Below, in pieces: positions 22,001 to 31,197 of a DNA stretch of 64,000 nt. Source of the stretch: a virus. Lineage: Duplodnaviria > Heunggongvirae > Uroviricota > Caudoviricetes. The number at the start of each line of letters is the position of its first letter. Position 1 is the first letter of the stretch. The stretch is taken from IMG/VR virus record IMGVR_UViG_3300046499_000850. The stretch is one strand, 5' to 3'. The notes below the pieces were generated by a model, which worked only from the letters and a program-made list of their open reading frames with translations, ran no database searches and had not been told where the DNA came from. A program made the translations under genes and the position numbers.

Positions 22001-23370
22001 TTAACTTGGGTATCGGTACTACTCGCGCGACGAATTGTGCCCTTGGCCAAATCCATCAATGGGTCGCCCAGAAGCCCAGCCAGTCCCGTGATGACTCCTT
22101 TGAGAGTTTCAGGCAAGCGACTATTCTCTAACGCGCTGCGAGTAGAGTCTTCTGCGTCAGTATAACGATGTGACCAGTCATTCGCGATCTGCGGAACATT
22201 CTCAACGAAGTGCTGGAATTTGTTACCCATGCGTCGGATGGATTTGCCGCGTTCGTTGTTGCTACCCATGATCTTCTTGCCAACCTTACTGGCTGCCAGT
22301 TTCCCTAACCAGCTGGCACCAACACCACCCAACGCATTACCACCGGCGCGCCAGCGGTCCATTCCCATCTCTTCCGCCATCTGCGCGGAATCGGCTGCCA
22401 TCTCAATACCACTGACACCGTCACGAACGCCACCCGCAAAGTTGCGCAGACTACCGATGGCTTGTTCACGGAAGGCTTTACCGAGATTCTGGACGAAGTT
22501 GTTGCGTTGACCAAAGATGCCGTCTTGCAGGCCACCCATGAGCTTGTTGCGCAGCATGTCCTTGAACTTCTCGCTAGTCTTAAGTTTAATCAAGTCTGGC
22601 AGCGCGGTGTTATGGGTGATCGCTTGCAACATTTCTGCGGTGCGCAGATTGTTACGCTTGGTCTCATTCAACATGTCGACCGACACGTAGTAGTGACGGG
22701 CTTGCAGTTCCAGCGACCTCTTGTGGTAATTAAATTCGATCCGGCGCTGGTAAGCCGCCATCGATACCACACCACGACGGATACCATCGAGTTGTTCCAT
22801 ACTGAGGTTGTGACGTTTGTTATTCACCGCATCCCGGATCGTTTCCCGAGCATCTTGCTTGGCTTCTCGGCGGGCGCTCTCGGTTGCGTCGTACTTGAAC
22901 GTATCTGCCAGCATCGCAGCAACAGCCATGTCGTTGGCTGTGTTTGCACCCACGCCAGTCTGGGCTTTGTCGCGAACATCGTCCGCAAAATTCTTCAGCA
23001 CCTTCTCGGCCGATTTGGGCAGATACTTGCTACCTGAAGGCATCATTTTGTCGATCAAGCGGCCAACATCTTTGAGCATTGGTTTGCTCTCTTTTACGCC
23101 TTCATTGTATAGCTCACGGACGGTCGTCGCGCCTTGATCGGCGAGATCAAGCATATCGCCGTAACCACGAGGCAAGGCTTTCTTGACGAAATCCCGGAAG
23201 AACGAAGCACTTTTGACGGTTTCTTTTGCGCCTTCCCAAGCGCCTTCGCCGATACGCTCGATGGCTTCACGCTTGGTCTTGACTGGCTTTGGTTCCAAAC
23301 TGAATTCGTCAAAGTCGAATTCACTGCCAAAGTCGTACTCATCAAGATTGAGCTTTTCGCTATTTGCCAT
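16084..23370 (-). CDS. Tail tape-measure-like protein with lytic transglycosylase domain (phiKZ gp181-like)
   Basis: 2428 aa; C-terminal SLT motifs AAIESGF, SATGLYQFISSTW, YFAHFLG; divergent from RNAP beta-prime. Confidence 0.88.
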   Translation of the reverse strand: MANSEKLNLDEYDFGSEFDFDEFSLEPKPVKTKREAIERIGEGAWEGAKETVKSASFFRDFVKKALPRGYGDMLDLADQGATTVRELYNEGVKESKPMLKDVGRLIDKMMPSGSKYLPKSAEKVLKNFADDVRDKAQTGVGANTANDMAVAAMLADTFKYDATESARREAKQDARETIRDAVNNKRHNLSMEQLDGIRRGVVSMAAYQRRIEFNYHKRSLELQARHYYVSVDMLNETKRNNLRTAEMLQAITHNTALPDLIKLKTSEKFKDMLRNKLMGGLQDGIFGQRNNFVQNLGKAFREQAIGSLRNFAGGVRDGVSGIEMAADSAQMAEEMGMDRWRAGGNALGGVGASWLGKLAASKVGKKIMGSNNERGKSIRRMGNKFQHFVENVPQIANDWSHRYTDAEDSTRSALENSRLPETLKGVITGLAGLLGDPLMDLAKGTIRRASSTDTQVKEKGIADLYAPTQFSNQAHKSLVEVIPGYLARIYQELQITRTGDTSIDLTSYDFSRGSFSSTKALRKAIFNKLFDEGSRNGVKREKDHLLEMIDPSGMLNPQQREELSKILANDNLRGRAGYETGRISNYTKAYNFGESQHGEKFAELFKKLADKNNVVEGQLDNEFSNRFRSVGRSASDRRGEIQQLLEVYPRDMLEDMGLLKPGSTQIDMDKINSYFSGANYRARGIQAMGGVRPLSGGRRAGRGGAVQIPRLPAANDEPPSSPIVDEIKKLIDLIEQQNTKPLVSDIKELLVQMHHDMATGGGVGAPSTFDRIMDGASSAAQSVGRGARRMRRQAKVSGRRFMNQHQAEIDAARKRAEEMAQKVRSQARRMQRQAQVQAGRMRQRYQPQIDQASQFMGEQQQRAQNFWDNRPSMDQLGGMLRSRWDQLRGHVTDGYDYLHGDEFRGRMNGYRNRAGAAFGVARARAQGIGSRIHDNLQQATEELRRRNSARGSERSESNKSVFDEIKDILLSIRDRLEDGIVTTGGVPEGRLRRMAGGARRGLSRLNMRLTDVVKGGFGLMTGTARLGAKVTSGLVGGSAKLGWNVFKGTAGLAGDAVGFAVSSQYRRARGFIDIYVGNERKPRLYGRMLQEGNVYFDKESGKPIRRLKDITGDVVSRKDGVETTVLEADEIDKAWQKVGPIKKTLKALGATAKGAYGIGKKIFGVVTGGIPPVFKMALWGAKKAWGLLDMAQDIFVKGQLDSPAMTARLMRAGAYYSATSYKLIKRPSQIDGPVLIGEGEQAETVLTHDDIRKGLVDKNGKPIKTGLSKLLGWALGGIKRAGKFALKAGKMVNSAATGLVKGGWRLGKALLKGGVTSVGGAFDIFRGKNPFAQGPSPEVTAHAVELQSESTTYLKEIRDLLKERLPQRKKHKALDGDDDGIRDGSYEDQQKHKKEEEEKKAKDGVVTEDRPGFGTRMKAGAKSWWDKLRGKKDEEDDDTDINIDGGSGDSKNERRKRRLARRPGGSWKTSKGFMGKSKFLLGKGLGYGKTAGKWALSALPWLGLAAETGIGAGAVAGAGSAILGGMAAAGAAVLGVLASPVVLGAAAVAAVATAGYFGYKYLTRKKLDLLSRVRYVQYGFAPTDKDHVATVFGLEDKLKDAIIYGKEGAQLDPKRIDPKSLFKDFDVDEKDKDAMNNWLGWFSERFRSVFLTHVTSLKTVASDKWLDDVDGLDPTTSLKYLNLVRFSDGPYNYSGSPFKDLKGLPSGAGDVKAVIEIAETELKKKAPKDGEKAAGVAAGAVAGAVATATAKGAGAATTQSKPGVSAEALAAATIPASAGAAKGGQVMAAGSSTVLNSLGTDKLDGVDVVRLKAYGLVKMEVDKVKALQALEKYLTPKLVYNKNLATWSGSVEQVVLDNGPAFGVDSSNDGLTANWISWFNQRFLPVYLNYASLMKAQTGKDDPADGKVVLKANQAVDVATALFTTSGSGGSVWNVGVSPWDGYDLNTDVRSTDGNMQGLKDMAKSAVLVEPGGKAANQPSAGKSAGNSQTVAPAPKPTTGIMGSISNFWQSTKAAFSQSPNAKYGGSPATQVGGSGSSDAMPSSMTGGREMAHPGKGTGGDINAIPKPTGNKSWAAVKDTILAAAKMVGVDGKLMAAMAAIESGFDHTVRAGTSSATGLYQFISSTWDWMLKKYGSKYGIAPGTPATDARANALMGAEYLKENISHLEGKLGRPVTDTDMYFAHFLGSGDAVKFLTADPNAIGAQIMPKAAAANRGIFFSKNGGPLSVGQIYQLVNSRLQNKSKGLINDGGEAIVATSATTAKGEMPAPNGGTAAGAAAEKPTADKVTPAPVGIGAPGSTAGPGPTAAPMPQPTSNGVPIGTVTAGFMPPRPMQDQVSAAKQQNDIRVSNLEGTNKILEDSLTVHRDSFEVLKAIRDSLANLSGAANNAPKQDNNATPSSQQARVAERRQAEMPRPPVSVARPRSPVG

Positions 23371-23444
23371 GACGTCTACTCCTAATTAGTATATTCGCCT
23401 CTTACCCTTGAGGCTTCATAGTTTTAGCTCAACAAGGAACAGCT

Positions 23445-25064
23445 ATGCAACGATCCATGTTGCCTTTCAATGTCACACTACTGCATTTGACGCCCGCGAA
23501 ACTCGCTGGATTGGCGCCAATTACGTCGCTGTCGATGTACGAAGGGATCACCCACAACTTTCATCCGGACGGGCTGTTCTCCACCAAAATCTTTGGCCGG
23601 GTGGGGGACGACGTGCGTTCGCGCCGGTACGCTTACATCGATATCAAGGTCCCGGTGTTTCACCCGGTGATTTACAGCACCTTAGTCTCGCTCAAGCGCC
23701 TGTATGGTGGCATCATGGCCGGTAATGAATACGCGGTCTGGAACCCGGAAAAGAAAGACTTTGACCGGTCCGATGCGATCAACGGGGAAACCGGTTACCA
23801 TTTCTTTATGACGTATTGGGAAAAGATCGATTTTACCAAGACAAGTAGCGACAAACGCGACCAATCGATCCGTCTCATCGAGAAGTACAAGAAGGAAGCC
23901 GCCACCAGCAAAGTGCTCGTGTTGCCAGCTGGTTTACGGGATGTGGAAGTCGGCGCCGATGGCCGTCCTCGCGAAGACGAGATCAATCCACTCTACCGCC
24001 AGTTGCTGGCTGTGGCCAACACCCTGTCAGACATCGCGATCCGTTCCAATCCGGAATTGATCGACCGGGCGCGCTTTAAACTTCAAACAACGTTCTTAAA
24101 TATTTACGAACTGTTTGAACGCCTGATTTACGGTAAGAACAAACTGATCCAAGGTAAATGGGCTAGCCGGCGCATTATGAACGGTACTGGTAACGTGATC
24201 ACGGCGTTGCCGGTGGAAACCCAGTACTTGGGTGCAGAAGGCGCTGTGGGCTTTAACGATACCGCCATCGGCCTGTTCCAACTCATCAAAGGCATGTTGC
24301 CGATCACACTGTACCAACTCAAGAACGGTTGGCTGCGCACGGTGTTCCCGGACTACAGTTTGCCCGCCAATCTGGTCAACAAGAAAACGCTGAAGTGTGA
24401 ACAAGTCTCCTTGAAGACCGAGTACTATGACCGCTTCCAAACCAACGAAGGCTTGGAGAAAGTCGTCAACGCCTTCCGCGAAGAATCGCTGCGTGACCAA
24501 CCGCTGGAAATCGAAGGCTACTATGTAGGTTTGATTTATAAAGGTCCGGATGGTACCTTCAAGATCTTCAATGACATCGACGAATTGCCCGAGAACCGCA
24601 AACGCGAAGATGTCTATCCGCTGACGTTCTGTGAATTGGTGTACCTGTCTGGCTATCGGATCTGGAACAACTACCCTGCGACCGTGACGCGTTACCCAGT
24701 GACGGGTGTCGGTTCGGTGTATCCGACCAATCTGTACGTACGGACCACCACTGTGGCCGAACACCGTACCGAACTGGGGCGCAACTGGGAACCGCAAGGT
24801 GAAGGGTTTGTTGCCTACGAGTTCCCGATCCCGGGTCCATACATGAAGTCCATGTCACCACACCCCACTCGCCTAGCCAAGCTGGACGCGGACTTTGATG
24901 GCGACATGATGAACTGCAACATCGCCTACACAGATGAAGCGATCAAGGAAGTTCGAGACTATTTTAAGACGCGCCGCGCCTATGTCGGTACCAACGGTCA
25001 GTTCATTTCGAGCACCGCTGTGCATACCGCAAAACTGGTGCTTCACAACCTTACAGGTGATTAA
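23445..25064 (+). CDS. Virion RNA polymerase beta-prime subunit (phiKZ gp180-like)
   Basis: Catalytic DADFDGD; FHPDGLFSTKIFG; VLPAGLRD; TRYP. Confidence 0.93.
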   Translation: MQRSMLPFNVTLLHLTPAKLAGLAPITSLSMYEGITHNFHPDGLFSTKIFGRVGDDVRSRRYAYIDIKVPVFHPVIYSTLVSLKRLYGGIMAGNEYAVWNPEKKDFDRSDAINGETGYHFFMTYWEKIDFTKTSSDKRDQSIRLIEKYKKEAATSKVLVLPAGLRDVEVGADGRPREDEINPLYRQLLAVANTLSDIAIRSNPELIDRARFKLQTTFLNIYELFERLIYGKNKLIQGKWASRRIMNGTGNVITALPVETQYLGAEGAVGFNDTAIGLFQLIKGMLPITLYQLKNGWLRTVFPDYSLPANLVNKKTLKCEQVSLKTEYYDRFQTNEGLEKVVNAFREESLRDQPLEIEGYYVGLIYKGPDGTFKIFNDIDELPENRKREDVYPLTFCELVYLSGYRIWNNYPATVTRYPVTGVGSVYPTNLYVRTTTVAEHRTELGRNWEPQGEGFVAYEFPIPGPYMKSMSPHPTRLAKLDADFDGDMMNCNIAYTDEAIKEVRDYFKTRRAYVGTNGQFISSTAVHTAKLVLHNLTGD

Positions 25065-25069
25065 TCGCC

Positions 25070-28000
25070 ATGCTGCTCGACTTTAATCTGTTTTACCGCA
25101 AATACGGTCTGCGCCGGGTGCAACAACTGATGACGCCGACCTTCGGCCATCTGGAAGACTTTCAGTTGCCCCGTCGTTCGATCTTCCACAGTGCCCATGG
25201 CGCCCCCAACCAGTACGGCCCGTCGGACAACGATGTGGCGCTGCAAGGCTTCTCCTCGGCAATCATGAAAGACAACCGGGTCATTCAGAAAGCGCAAGCG
25301 CGCAACATCTGGATGCACCACGTGCTGAAGATGGCGCCGGGTTATCTCGGTCAACCGATCAATCAATCGAAGCAACCGATGGCGTTGATTCGTCAGTACC
25401 ACCAGCACTACCGCCGGTTCCGCAACTCACAAGACGAGAAAGCGCTGTCGGACACCAACAGTTTGATGGTGTACAACTACAACGTGCTACCGCACTTGGT
25501 GCGCTACCCGCGTGGTCAGTTCAACCAGTACCTGGAATGGTACAACATCGAACGCACGGTGTGGTCGGAAATCGCTCGGCTGGCACAAACCACCGACCGC
25601 CCGCAATTCGTACTGTACCACGTGCCGCAAGTCTTGCCACCTCGCTCGATGCTGCAACAGTACGAGAAGATGAACCCCGCCAAACCGGTGGCGCGTATGA
25701 CCCGGGTCTTCTATTCGAACGAACACCTGCTGCTCGGTGAGATGTGGAAGTGGTTCGGCGAACACCGCAAACAATCGCTGTTGGGTTTGGTGCCGCGTGA
25801 AGTGTTGAACCGGGTGAACATCGTGTTCTTGGAATCAGGTCAATGGACCACGATCAACCTCGGCATGTTGGACTCGTGGCGAGCACCGCTCAAGGACGAG
25901 CTGCTACCGAACGAAGAAGTCAAGCCCAACCTCATCAAACCGCTGCAGTACCAGAACCGCATTCTGCGTTTCTTCATGTCGGTGACCCAGCTGCGTTCGG
26001 TCGCGCCAGTTGAACTGGTGGACATGGGTAACAAACAAGTGCTGGACGCCGACGACAAGGAAGATCTGCAAAAGGAACTGTCGACCATCACCAAGGTCGA
26101 CTCGGGCCCCGCAGTCATCAACCCGACCACCGGCACTGTGGCCGTGGCGACCGCGCAACTCAAGGCCCAGCTCAGTGCGCCAGCTAACGATGAACCGGAC
26201 GATACTGCGGATTCGGTGGTGGTGGATGAAAAGCTGGAAGCCCAAATCAACGCCGAACTGGCTGAGATGGAAAAGGTATTGACGGAGCCTGCTGAAGACA
26301 CTGGCGACGAACAGACCCTGCTGGAAAAGCGCCAAGCCTGGATCACTACCCCACAAGCTGTGGTAGCGCCGATTCCTGAATTGAAACGTCAAAGTCATGA
26401 AGAAGCCCTGCTGAAGATCGCCAAAGCAAATTTGGCCAATGGTTCGATCACGGCTGCACAATACCGCAACTATGAAAAGGTGGCGGGGGCGTACAAAACG
26501 ATGAAGGCGCCGGAAGGTAATACCACGCTGGAACACTTCATTACGATCCCACCGGAAGCGCTGCAGATCAGTGAATCGAAAGCCATGGCTGATATTGCCA
26601 CGGTGCCGGACAAGTCGATGCTGAAGTCGTCGCTCCTCGACTTCGACCAGCGTTACACTAAAGAGATCATGCAACGTGATGTGGCCTCGATGGTGATGTG
26701 CTTTGCACAAGCTGGTTATGGCGTGACCGATTACACGGTCGAGAAAGTCGATAGCTTGATGGGGCCGTACAACATCTACACGGTGCGTGTGCTCCCGACC
26801 GACGGTACCGCCTCCACGGTGCGCTTCAAGTTGCCGATCATCGAACCGGATGGCAGTTACATGGCCAACGGGGTCAAGTATTCGCTGCGTAAACAACGTA
26901 TCGATATCCCAATCCGCAAGACCGCCCCGGACACGGTGGCAATGACGAGTTACTACGGTAAAGCGTTCATCCGTCGCAGTGAAAAGAAAGTCAACAACTA
27001 CGCCATGTGGTTGACCAACAACCTGATGGCCAAGATGCTGGATGATGCCGATACCAGTATCACCAACGCCCACACGGGCGATATGTCGGACAACACGGCC
27101 AAAGTCCCACGGCTGTATTCGATCATCGCTTCGGCGTTCAACAGCTTCACGTTGACCACCAGTGCGTTGTCCGGTGCCCAAGGTCACTTAACGTTTAACA
27201 TGTCGTTTGACCACACCAAACGCGAAGAACTGTTTGGTAAGGACGCAATTGCCCAGCACGAACACAACGGCAACATCATTGCGGGTGTCTCAGCGACCAA
27301 GACCCACTACTTCCTGATCGGGAAAGCGGGCGAGTGCACGTTGGTGGGACCGACCTTAACCGGTGAACACGAAGTGCGCCAATTCGCTTTCGAACAACTC
27401 ATCGGGCTGGACCGCATGAAAGCGCCGGTCGATGTGGCGGTCATGAAAGTGGCTGGCACTGCGATTCCGTTGGGCGTGATCCTGGCTTACGAGATGGGTC
27501 TGGAACCGATGTTGGCCCTGCTCAAATCGAAAGTGCGGCGTGTGCCGGCCGGGACCCGCCTCAACATGGGGTTGAACGAAGAAGCCGTGATCTTTGCGGA
27601 CGAATCGATCGTGTTCGACAAGAACGACCAGCTCACCGGTTTGCTGTTGGGAGGCTTTAACGAGTACCACCGTCACATCCGCCGTTACAACGTGCACCTC
27701 TTTAACCAAAAGGAAGTGTACCTGAACGTGCTCGAAGCCGATGGTCTCGGGGTGCGCTACATCCGTGAGATGAACTTGTTCTACCAAATGTTCATCGACC
27801 CGATCACGCATGATCTGTTGGTGGAAATGAAGATGCCGACGGACATGCGGGCTCTGCTCGTCGTGGCGGCGACCATGCTGACGACGGACGACCACCCGGA
27901 TGAACTGGATGGCGCGTACATGCGTCTGCGTGGTTACGAACGGATGGCTGGTGCAGTGTATACCGAGATGGTGCGTTCGATCCGTCAACACAACGGCAGC

Positions 28001-29500
28001 GCAGGCAAATCCCGCTCGGCGCTGAACATGGACCCGTTCGCGGTGTTTACTGCCATTCAAACCGATCCATCCAAAGCCCAGGTCAACGAGATCAACCCGA
28101 TCCAAAACCTGAAGGAACAGGAAGCCGTGACGTACAACGGGGTCGGTGGTCGTAACAGCCGTACCATGACGAAAGGCACCCGCACGTACCACAAGAACGA
28201 CATGGGTTTGATTTCGAGCGACACGGTCGACAGTTCGGATGTGGCGATCAATACCTACACATCAGCGGACCCGCAGTTCACCTCGCTGCGTGGTTTGACC
28301 CGTCCCTATACCGAAGAGATGGGGAAGACCGCGTTGTTGTCGACTGCAGTGCTGCTGGCACCGGGTACCAGCAACGACGACATGAAGCGGGCTAACTTCA
28401 TCGGTATTCAGCACTCGCACAGCGTAGCGTGTAATGGTTACCACCAGATGCCTGTGCGGACGGGTTACGAGCAAGTCGTGGCGCAGCGCACCGGAGACAT
28501 GTTTGCGGCAGCTGCCACCCAAGACGGTAAAGTGCTCTCGGTCACCCCGACTGGTATCATCGTGCAATACGCTGACGGTACCAAGCAAGGGTATGAAATC
28601 GGACGACGCTTTGGTAACGCCGCCGGTCTCACCATTCCACATGAAGTCATGGCCAACGTCAAAGTCGGTCAAGAGTTCAAGAAGGGGTATGTGTTGGCGT
28701 ACAACACGGGCTTCTTCGAGCCGGACATTCTGAATCCAGACAACGTGGTGTGGAAAGCTGGTATGTTGGTCAAGACGGTGTTGATGGAAGTGCCGGAAAC
28801 GCTGGAAGACTCCTCGGCGATCTCGGCGCGCATCACCGACCGTCTTACAACCAAGGTGGCGAAGTTCAGCGACATCGTGGTGACCTTCGATCAAGCGGTT
28901 TCGAAACTGGTCAAAACGGGCCAAGTCGTTTCTAGCGAAGATATTTTATGCATAATCGAGGACGCCGTCACGAGTCAGGCTAATCTGTTTGACGAAGATT
29001 CGCTTAACACCTTGAAACTGCTGAGTAACTATGCGCCGCAAGCGAAAGTGAAAGGCGTGGTCGAGCGGGTTGAAGTCTATTACCATGGCGAGAAAGAAGA
29101 CATGAGCGATTCCCTGCGCGCAATCGCAGACGCTTCTGACAAAGCTCTCGCTGATCGGTTCAAGTCGACAGGCCGGAAAGTGTTAACCGGCAGCGTGGAC
29201 GAAGCGTTCCGCGTGGAAGGGGAACCCCTGCAATTTGAACACCTCTGCATCCGCATCTACATCACCTCGGAAGTTGAAATGGGTGAAGGCGATAAGGGCG
29301 TGTTTGCCAATCAGATGAAGACCGTTGTCGGTAAGAAGATGGTTGGTGAATACAAAACAGAGAAAGGGGAAATCATCGATGCGGTATTCGGTTCGCAAAG
29401 TATCGACAACCGTATCGTGCTCTCTCCGTACATCATCGGCATGTATAACGTCCTTTTAGACCTGTCCGGTCAAGAAGCGGTCGCGGCATACGAGTCCTAA
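25070..29500 (+). CDS. Virion RNA polymerase beta subunit (phiKZ gp178-like)
   Basis: NDDMKRANF, TLEDSSAIS, GDKGVFANQMK, IDAVFGSQSIDNR; 1476 aa. Confidence 0.92.
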   Translation: MLLDFNLFYRKYGLRRVQQLMTPTFGHLEDFQLPRRSIFHSAHGAPNQYGPSDNDVALQGFSSAIMKDNRVIQKAQARNIWMHHVLKMAPGYLGQPINQSKQPMALIRQYHQHYRRFRNSQDEKALSDTNSLMVYNYNVLPHLVRYPRGQFNQYLEWYNIERTVWSEIARLAQTTDRPQFVLYHVPQVLPPRSMLQQYEKMNPAKPVARMTRVFYSNEHLLLGEMWKWFGEHRKQSLLGLVPREVLNRVNIVFLESGQWTTINLGMLDSWRAPLKDELLPNEEVKPNLIKPLQYQNRILRFFMSVTQLRSVAPVELVDMGNKQVLDADDKEDLQKELSTITKVDSGPAVINPTTGTVAVATAQLKAQLSAPANDEPDDTADSVVVDEKLEAQINAELAEMEKVLTEPAEDTGDEQTLLEKRQAWITTPQAVVAPIPELKRQSHEEALLKIAKANLANGSITAAQYRNYEKVAGAYKTMKAPEGNTTLEHFITIPPEALQISESKAMADIATVPDKSMLKSSLLDFDQRYTKEIMQRDVASMVMCFAQAGYGVTDYTVEKVDSLMGPYNIYTVRVLPTDGTASTVRFKLPIIEPDGSYMANGVKYSLRKQRIDIPIRKTAPDTVAMTSYYGKAFIRRSEKKVNNYAMWLTNNLMAKMLDDADTSITNAHTGDMSDNTAKVPRLYSIIASAFNSFTLTTSALSGAQGHLTFNMSFDHTKREELFGKDAIAQHEHNGNIIAGVSATKTHYFLIGKAGECTLVGPTLTGEHEVRQFAFEQLIGLDRMKAPVDVAVMKVAGTAIPLGVILAYEMGLEPMLALLKSKVRRVPAGTRLNMGLNEEAVIFADESIVFDKNDQLTGLLLGGFNEYHRHIRRYNVHLFNQKEVYLNVLEADGLGVRYIREMNLFYQMFIDPITHDLLVEMKMPTDMRALLVVAATMLTTDDHPDELDGAYMRLRGYERMAGAVYTEMVRSIRQHNGSAGKSRSALNMDPFAVFTAIQTDPSKAQVNEINPIQNLKEQEAVTYNGVGGRNSRTMTKGTRTYHKNDMGLISSDTVDSSDVAINTYTSADPQFTSLRGLTRPYTEEMGKTALLSTAVLLAPGTSNDDMKRANFIGIQHSHSVACNGYHQMPVRTGYEQVVAQRTGDMFAAAATQDGKVLSVTPTGIIVQYADGTKQGYEIGRRFGNAAGLTIPHEVMANVKVGQEFKKGYVLAYNTGFFEPDILNPDNVVWKAGMLVKTVLMEVPETLEDSSAISARITDRLTTKVAKFSDIVVTFDQAVSKLVKTGQVVSSEDILCIIEDAVTSQANLFDEDSLNTLKLLSNYAPQAKVKGVVERVEVYYHGEKEDMSDSLRAIADASDKALADRFKSTGRKVLTGSVDEAFRVEGEPLQFEHLCIRIYITSEVEMGEGDKGVFANQMKTVVGKKMVGEYKTEKGEIIDAVFGSQSIDNRIVLSPYIIGMYNVLLDLSGQEAVAAYES

Positions 29501-29502
29501 TC

Positions 29503-29543
29503 CACAGGGTGGCTTCGCACCGCCCTGTGTTCGTCTTCTTTTT
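29503..29543 (+). terminator. Intrinsic terminator
   Basis: CACAGGGTGG...CCGCCCTGTG followed by a T-rich tract. Confidence 0.65.
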
Positions 29544-29563
29544 AGTAATCAAAGGAATACCAC

Positions 29564-29761
29564 ATGAAAAACATCGCATCGTTGCAAACGGTGGCGACCC
29601 TCGCCAATGCGGCCGAGCTGGCTGCCGGGATTGCAAAAGAGGTGCTGGGCAATGACGTTGCGGATGCTGTCGAAGGCAGTGAACTGACCGCCGACGTGGT
29701 GCGCGATATCGCGCTGGCCCAGATCCAGTCGAATCTGTCCACCCACAACGGGAGCTTCTAA
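29564..29761 (+). CDS. Small hypothetical protein
   Basis: 65 aa, AAGGA RBS, stop abuts the next ATG. Confidence 0.6.
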   Translation: MKNIASLQTVATLANAAELAAGIAKEVLGNDVADAVEGSELTADVVRDIALAQIQSNLSTHNGSF

Positions 29762-31189
29762 ATGCTCAGCACTAGCGCTATCTACAAAGCCATCGCTCTG
29801 GCTGACCAATTCGATGCCCGCGGCGTCATCCTGAAACCCCTGGGTGGTTCGCCCCTGCATCACGTCGTCGAGTCGTGCGGCCTGAAACCCGAGATGGCCT
29901 TTCTGACCGAAGGCGGTGAAGTGCAGTTCGACTTCTTCCGTATCGAGCAAGCCGCCAACGCCAAAGAAGGCGCGTTCGACCGTTCGCGTCACGATTACGC
30001 GATGGCTGACTTCACCCAGCTCGGCGCCGAAGCCGTGCGCAAAGCCCTGTATGTGTCGCGCAACTTGGTTGCCCCACGTATCAACGAACTGCTAGAACTG
30101 GTCACGATGCGCCTGGCCAATGCGCCGGTGTCGGATCTGTCCAAGCTGCGCATCAGCGAAGAAGAAGACTGCCCAGCAGTCTACGGGCCGAACATGCGTA
30201 AGCTGGTCGACCAATACGCCAACTACCACAACGGTGAACCGGCTCTGTCGATCACCGGCCCGGAACTGTCCACCGCCGACATCCTGAAGTACGTCGAGAC
30301 TGGCGTGGCCTCGATCGACGAAGAACTGATTCCCTGGGCCGCTGGCCTGCCAGAAGTCGTGCTACAAGACGTGTACCGCAGCTTCTTCACGATCCGCAAT
30401 GGTCGCGACAGCCGTGGTTATTTCGGCCGTATCGACCAATCCGTCGTCAAGATGGTCCTGGTATGGGCGATCGCTCGTCACCTGCTGGAAAACGATGTCG
30501 TACTCGAAGGTGCGGGTAGCGGCCTGAAAGAATACCGCGCTGCCCTGACCGCCCTGATGGCCCAGTCGGCCCACCTGATCACCATTCAGATGGAAAAGAA
30601 CGATTCGGCAATCAAGAACGGCAACATGGTGCGCTCGATCACTGGCACCGAAATCCGCGTGTTCCCGCCGGTCTACCGTGAATGGCTGAAGAACGGTGGC
30701 AACACCGACGTGTTGTACGGCATGGCCAGTTCCGGTGACCGCAAGTTCACGGTCAACGCGATCAGCGAAAACGCCGACAAGTACATGAAAGCATGGAACA
30801 GCTACGCGTCGCTGGTGACCGCCCGTGACAGCCTGGCCCGCATGACGTTCCTGCGCGAACAGCTCATCATGGCCTACGAGAGTATCCTCAACAAGCCGAA
30901 CGAAGAAGGTGTGTTGCCGGATGCGCACGCCGTCAAAGCCGAACTGAACTGTTTCCGTGAAGTTCTGCGTGGCATGAACACCGAAGACGCGGACGACCTG
31001 CAGCGCATGTGCCTGAAACTCGTGTGCCGTGCGTCGTTCCCGGAATCGCCAGCCGAAATGATTCTGACCAAGATGGACGAAGAGTCCAAGAAGAATCCGA
31101 AGCTGTCGCCACGTGAAGCCGGAGCACTGGCCGTGGTATGGTACATCTCGTCGTGGGTGTCGGCACTGATCCAGCTGGATAACGCGTAA
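29762..31189 (+). CDS. Conserved protein (phiKZ gp177-like by synteny)
   Basis: 475 aa, strong codon bias, between RNAP beta and the gp176-like gene. Confidence 0.7.
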   Translation: MLSTSAIYKAIALADQFDARGVILKPLGGSPLHHVVESCGLKPEMAFLTEGGEVQFDFFRIEQAANAKEGAFDRSRHDYAMADFTQLGAEAVRKALYVSRNLVAPRINELLELVTMRLANAPVSDLSKLRISEEEDCPAVYGPNMRKLVDQYANYHNGEPALSITGPELSTADILKYVETGVASIDEELIPWAAGLPEVVLQDVYRSFFTIRNGRDSRGYFGRIDQSVVKMVLVWAIARHLLENDVVLEGAGSGLKEYRAALTALMAQSAHLITIQMEKNDSAIKNGNMVRSITGTEIRVFPPVYREWLKNGGNTDVLYGMASSGDRKFTVNAISENADKYMKAWNSYASLVTARDSLARMTFLREQLIMAYESILNKPNEEGVLPDAHAVKAELNCFREVLRGMNTEDADDLQRMCLKLVCRASFPESPAEMILTKMDEESKKNPKLSPREAGALAVVWYISSWVSALIQLDNA

Positions 31190-31197
31190 GCGCCATC

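Noticed and set aside
23445-29500. Introns or inteins in the RNAP subunits (also checked for terminase)
   Set aside because: ORFs are continuous and of expected size; no intein splice motifs or composition shifts noticed
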